This document shows positions 59,034-64,000 of a stretch of DNA of 64,000 nucleotides, piece after piece. Every line of letters starts with the position of its first letter. Position 1 is the stretch's first letter. Source of the DNA: Hormiphora californensis (Eukaryota; Animalia; Ctenophora); the NCBI GenBank assembly GCA_020137815.1, contig CM035357.1:6820001-6884000 (forward strand), given 5' to 3'. The translations under genes and the position numbers were made by a program. Below the pieces are notes generated by a model. That model was not told where the DNA came from. It worked only from the letters and a program-made list of their open reading frames with translations, and did not search any database.

Positions 59034-62000
59034 CTAGCTGGTTGTGATGGTTGGGGTTAGGGCCTCTCTTAGTTCAACTTGATCCTCTTCCAACAGGTTG
59101 ATCCTTGCCTCTAGTTGCACACTACTCCTCCTCTTTCTCCTCTTCATCAGAATATTATCCTAGGGGGAATTAAACGTGAAACTAAGCAAGGTTGGATATT
59201 ATCCTGTTTTGCTAAGCGTGACTAGTAAGGTTACCGGAACCCGTCCACTCAAATTATTGATAAAATAAAAAGTTATACCTGAATCCAGAACATGAATGCA
59301 TTAACAAATAGTGGCACTATCAGCATCACAACCACGACCTCCAACTTGCCATGTCCCTTCAGCGGTGAAAATAGGAAGTTTCGGAACTGAAATGGGAGTG
59401 AGGAGTTACGGAAATTGACGCCGCTGCAGGGGGTTTGGTCTACTGAGTCTACAACTCTAAAATCATTTAAAATGTGTCTAAAACTTATTATTTCATCAAT
59501 GTAGCAGCTGCCGTGGAGCGACCATGGAACAGTGCTGCTGCAACACCATGGAACACTTGATGAAATACACACCTGTGTTGCAGCAGCTGTAGTCACGGAA
59601 GGTGTGTGCGCGTGTGTGATAGAGTCCATCTCGCGCGCACAATTTCAGTCTGATGTCTTGGCGCGTTACTGCACCGAAATGTCACTATATCATGTCACAC
59701 TCATTGGCCTATCAACCTATCACGACACATAACAGCATAAGCCAAGTACTTTGAAACACTTTGTGATATACCCCTACTCATTCGTCTAACTAAGATTTGG
59801 CACAACTCCAAAGAATCTCAAAGAGAGGGAAGCTAGCTAAAGTAAAACTATGTAGTAGACAGATGCAACTGTCAATTTCTCATTTGCCGCATACGGCGTC
59901 TAGACGGCGTCGCAACGCCGTCTAGACGGTATACCGTATGGACGGGTTTCGGTGAAATCAGCTAAAAACGGTACCGAAATTGCTTGAGACGGGTTATAGA
60001 CGGTATCAGACGGTCTCTAGACGGGTTATAGACGGTATCAGACGGTGTTGCGACGGTATCAGACGGTCTCTAGACGGTGTCTAGACGGTACCGTCCCGGC
60101 GTCTGGACGGCGTCTGGACGGTGTCTAGACGGTATCCGTCCGAAGTTGAGACGGCACGTCTGAAAATTGTACCAGACGTTGAGACGGACTTTTAGAACTC
60201 CGTCTGTATTTCAGACGGAGTTTTAAAAGTACGTCTCAACGAAATTCAGTATTAACTCAATACATGGAAAACTGCCCGAGTATTCTCTGAAGTTTAAAAA
60301 GATTAACAAACCTTGGTCCAGAAGGGTAGTAGAACGAGGGGAGAGACAAGTAGTTTCTGAATAACCATGATAGCTAGGTAAATTCCACATTGTGCCAACC
60401 ATGCTTTTGCCTGATGGAGAGGTGAAGAAGAGGGAGGAAGGAGAAGATAGAAACAGGTAGAAAAGGAGAGGAAAAGAAAGGAAAAGAAAGGAAAAGAGAG
60501 CGAGGGAGGTATATCGTTTTTATGCCGGTAGCTAAATGTATTCTATGCTAGTACTTTGGATAGTATAGATATCCTACATATTACTACAGTGTAGTTATGT
60601 TGTCATATTGTATATAACATCACACACTAACATCATATCACAACCGGAGAGTGCAGTCTTTTGACAATGTGTATAACTGTATGTGGGGTAGAAGTGTGAA
60701 TGTAAGTAGGAAAGCTGAAAGTTTCTCAGTTCTCTCAAACTGATAGAAGTAGAAGAGAAAATGGATGATAAAGATTTGAGAAAATGAATAAAAACATAGT
60801 AATAATCAATTTATTATATATACTGAAGGCCCACTTAAAGTGAGAGTGGACCGAATCAGAATTGGACAAGTTTGGTGTAGGTGGTAGAGATTAGCTTTCT
60901 GAGCATTTTGCGTTTTTGCCGCTCAAAATCGACCCACGCATCACTGAGATATTTTTGTTATGTTGGGAGAATTTCTGCTGGATCAATATTTATCAAACAG
61001 GATAGAAACAATCCTTGTGTTTTACTAACACATTCTTTAAATTTTCAATATGCTAACTTGCATTGTTCTGCTTCTGTGCATGAACATGTCAACCTCACTG
61101 CTTATATTCAGAATGTGTTAGGAAAACATGACGATTGTTTCTATTCTGTTTTTTACATACTGATTAAACAGGAGTTCTCCCAACATAACAAAAATATCTC
61201 AGTGATGGGTAGGTCGATTTTGAGCGGCAAAAACGCATTATGCTCAGAGAGCTAATCTCTACTACCTACAACAAACTTGTCCAATTCTGATTCGGTCCAC
61301 TCTCACTTTAATTTATTCAAGTACTTAATTAAATTAATTATTTACCTGAGGAGGGTTGCCGTATTCCCCACTTTTTAACCAGGCGTATATTCCATCTCTT
61401 AGTAAGTATCGGGTCAGGTTAATCAACACGTAGAGAATAAACAAGCCAACCGTGGTGTCGATAAACATGTTCACAAAATACCTGGAAAGAATAATTATTA
61501 TTATTACAACATACCTTAGAAGAAGGGAAGTGTCAAAAATATTTAAAACGTTTTATTTTGAAACATATTCATTATATCAGTCTTAAAATCTTACACTCGA
61601 ACATTTACAATACACAGTACCACTTGAGCTAGGCTCCTTCGGGGAGCAGTGCGAGGTACAGTCGAACCAAACGAAACCAAACATTTACAATGTCACAAGA
61701 ATAACTTTTCAACTTGATTTACATTTTTACAGAATCAGGAACTTACAAAGATTTACATTTCATAGAAACTTACAGAGAGCAGGGGTCCTGGTTTTTGAAG
61801 AACAGTTGTGAGGCTAGGACATTGAAGAAATGTACAAACCCTGCTCCTATGGCCTGTTTACTGACATCTAGTGACCAAACCAGGAAACTTCTTCTCTCGT
61901 ATCTTGGCTCCCTGGAATATAAGAATGAGTAGAATACATGCCATATTGGTAAGAGGTCTTCTGTATCTCCCCCCCACCCATAGAAAACTTGATCAGCCTT

Positions 62001-62780
62001 CCATGAGCTGGTCTCGGGTTACAAGTGAAGTTAATTGATGTGTAGTTGTGGTAGTTAATGGGCACACAATAAGGATCGGCTGGAATTCCTAACTGTTAAA
62101 TGGTTTGTTGGTTTGCATCTGTTGTTTTGCACATACTCGAACTGGTAAATGGACATGCAGGCTGATTTGGTCATGCATGGGGGTTGATGAAGTATTGAGC
62201 TGTAACTCAGTAATTAGCATATGATTGAACCGGCCTCCGGCACTCGCCAGTTACACAGGCGTGTGTATGAAAGTGAGGAAAAGTGCGAGTGTGCTGTTGT
62301 GTGTGCTTTGTGAGTGTGTACTGAGTGTACGCACGGAAGAGGTACATCAAGATTTTACCATGCATTATTGCCAGTGAAATAGGTTTCTCTATTGATGGTG
62401 GGTTGATGTGTCCAATGCCCATATAACATATAATATCGCTAATGGCAAACATGCATTAGAGGGCACACCTTACGTTCGCACTTTGCTGATAAATCAGTCC
62501 CGCATTCAAATTGTAAATTCGATCACTTGGCTACGAAAATAACAAATATATATGCTGATCCATGTACATTGCGGATCCATGTACATTGTACACTGTACAT
62601 CATATCCACATAAAAACTAGATATATACCTGTATCGCTTGAACACAAGAATAGAGAATGCCACCAGTGCCAGTAGGAACTGAACTACAATACTGAATGAG
62701 TTTGTGAGGTTACAGTTGTCTGCTGAGGTATCGTTCTTTGAATGGTCTTCAACAACTGTCTGGGTTGCTCCGTGCGTTGC
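59034..62780 (-). CDS. STIMATE: STIM-activating enhancer (STIMATE/TMEM110); start exon not resolved
   Basis: Exons (approx.) 62780-62629 (NCNLTNSFSIVVQFLLALVAFSILVFKRYR), 61911-61775 (EPRYERRSFLVWSLDVSKQAIGAGFVHFFNV..DPCSL), 61481-61346 (YFVNMFIDTTVGL..SGEYGNPPQ), 60409-60312 (AWLAQCGIYLAIMVIQK), 59387-59279 (KLEVVVVMLIVPLFVNAFMFWIQ), 59159-59034 (DNILMKRRKRR..stop). Confidence 0.9.
59885..60240. repeat. Array of short AGACGG/GTCTAGAC motifs in both orientations (probable transposon subterminal region)
   Basis: About 10-bp periodic AGACGGTATC / AGACGGTCTCT / TCTAGACGG units in a STIMATE intron. Confidence 0.7.
60839..61307. mobile_element. Second Kolobok/T2-like MITE family, in a STIMATE intron
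   Basis: TTAA at 60835-60838 and 61308-61311. Termini AGTGAGAGTGGACCGAATCAG...CTGATTCGGTCCACTCTCACT; TIRs about 140 bp. Confidence 0.88.
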
Positions 62781-64000
62781 CTGGGAAGGGTAACAAATCG
62801 AGGGTAGCTAGTAGTTGTGATTAGAATTGAAGTTACTTGATTGAATGACGAATGCCAAATGGAAGTTTATACTATTAATCTGTATTTAGCAGTAAACTCG
62901 TTAAAAGTTCGTTGTACACCCTTCTGTTACACTATCATTTGAAACATGACTTTGATTGAACAGATATTCAACACACATACCTTCATGAGGGCTATGAAGA
63001 GAAGGAAAAACACAGATGTTGTAGAGAACATTGTGAGAAAAATAAAGACTTTCTGACAGAAAACGGAAGTCTGCGTCCACCAACTATTGGCCATCTGCCA
63101 GCCAGCAGTTTTTCAGTTACATGGGCTAGAAAAGAAAGGTTATGTTTCCAGTTTCTTCTAAGTAACTCTGGCGGTTTTGAACAGAGGATTTTAATTTACG
63201 AGAAACAATGGATGGTAAAGAGAGTTTCGTGGCTTTGAGGATCCATATTTTCAGCTTTTGTGTGGTCCTCACAGTGAGGAGATAAGGACTTCCTTGGCCG
63301 CCGAATCATCAAAGTAATCTGTATCCATCTGCCATCATCATCATCATACAAATGTTTAATATTCCGCTTTGTAGTCTACTGCTAGAAGAGCACTTACATA
63401 TGCTAAATCACACACAGGCAAAACTAACGACTTTCTAAAGCGGTGAAGCCTACTTCGAATCGCTCGGTAACACATACAACTTGTGTATAGGCCCAGGCCA
63501 TTCGAAGGAGGCTCCAATACTCACAATTCGAGAAACCAATTAGAATAATTAATGTCTGTTGTCAATTAAGTCCTTGTATATACATTTTATATAACTATTA
63601 GAGTCCAGATCTTCATGCATTAGATAATTAGTTATTAGTTAATTATACCAAAACTAATTGAAATTAGCAGGCCGGAAAGGTCGCCGCACGATCTGAGCCA
63701 CCCCTGCCACCGTAACATTCACGGGTTACAGACAGGGTATAAAAGATGCTTCATCTATCTTCAAAAGGGAATGTACTGGTGCCAAAGGTAGCTCAAATCA
63801 CACGGCAACCCCCCCGGCCCACCAATTTCAATTAGTTTTGGTATAATTTGCATCATTTTTGGGACTTTTTATCCATTTAGATGTAGTAGAACAGGTAGGG
63901 AGAGGATGGAATCGCGAAATTGACTGGAGCGATGGGTGCAGAGGGCTGGGGCTTCAGTGGCCTGTGGGAATCCAATATCAAGGTAATATTCCAGCGCTGA

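Noticed and set aside
63860-64000. Possible terminal exon of a further minus-strand gene at the window edge
   Set aside because: Too short, and two frames are equally plausible; no recognisable motif.

Overview
Eukaryotic (animal) genomic DNA with short GT-AG introns and many (CT)n microsatellites. A ctenophore origin is my inference, based mainly on the atypical 7TM receptor motif ICALNISKL and the compact gene structure. Genes in order: the 3' end of a multi-PDZ scaffold (+); an intronless CHST-type sulfotransferase (+); a SHIP-type SH2/inositol 5-phosphatase (-); a possible degraded ORF (+); a giant filamin (+, about 5,900 aa, with a 15.6-kb exon); SPMIP1/ATP6V1FNB-like (-); STIMATE/TMEM110 (-). 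Two things stand out. (1) A TTAA-flanked, Kolobok-like foldback transposon occurs once empty (1098-2487) and once with its centre replaced by about 3.2 kb of cargo (7684-11576). The cargo holds an intron-containing rhodopsin-type GPCR gene and a minimal hammerhead-like motif, and the element sits in a SHIP intron: a candidate 'Pack-Kolobok' gene-capture element. (2) The filamin carries about 3,400 aa of GPDGKP-type repeats inserted inside two Ig domains, and has several candidate alternative first exons spread over 15 kb. Scattered 1-bp indels disrupt most genes and are most likely long-read assembly errors.
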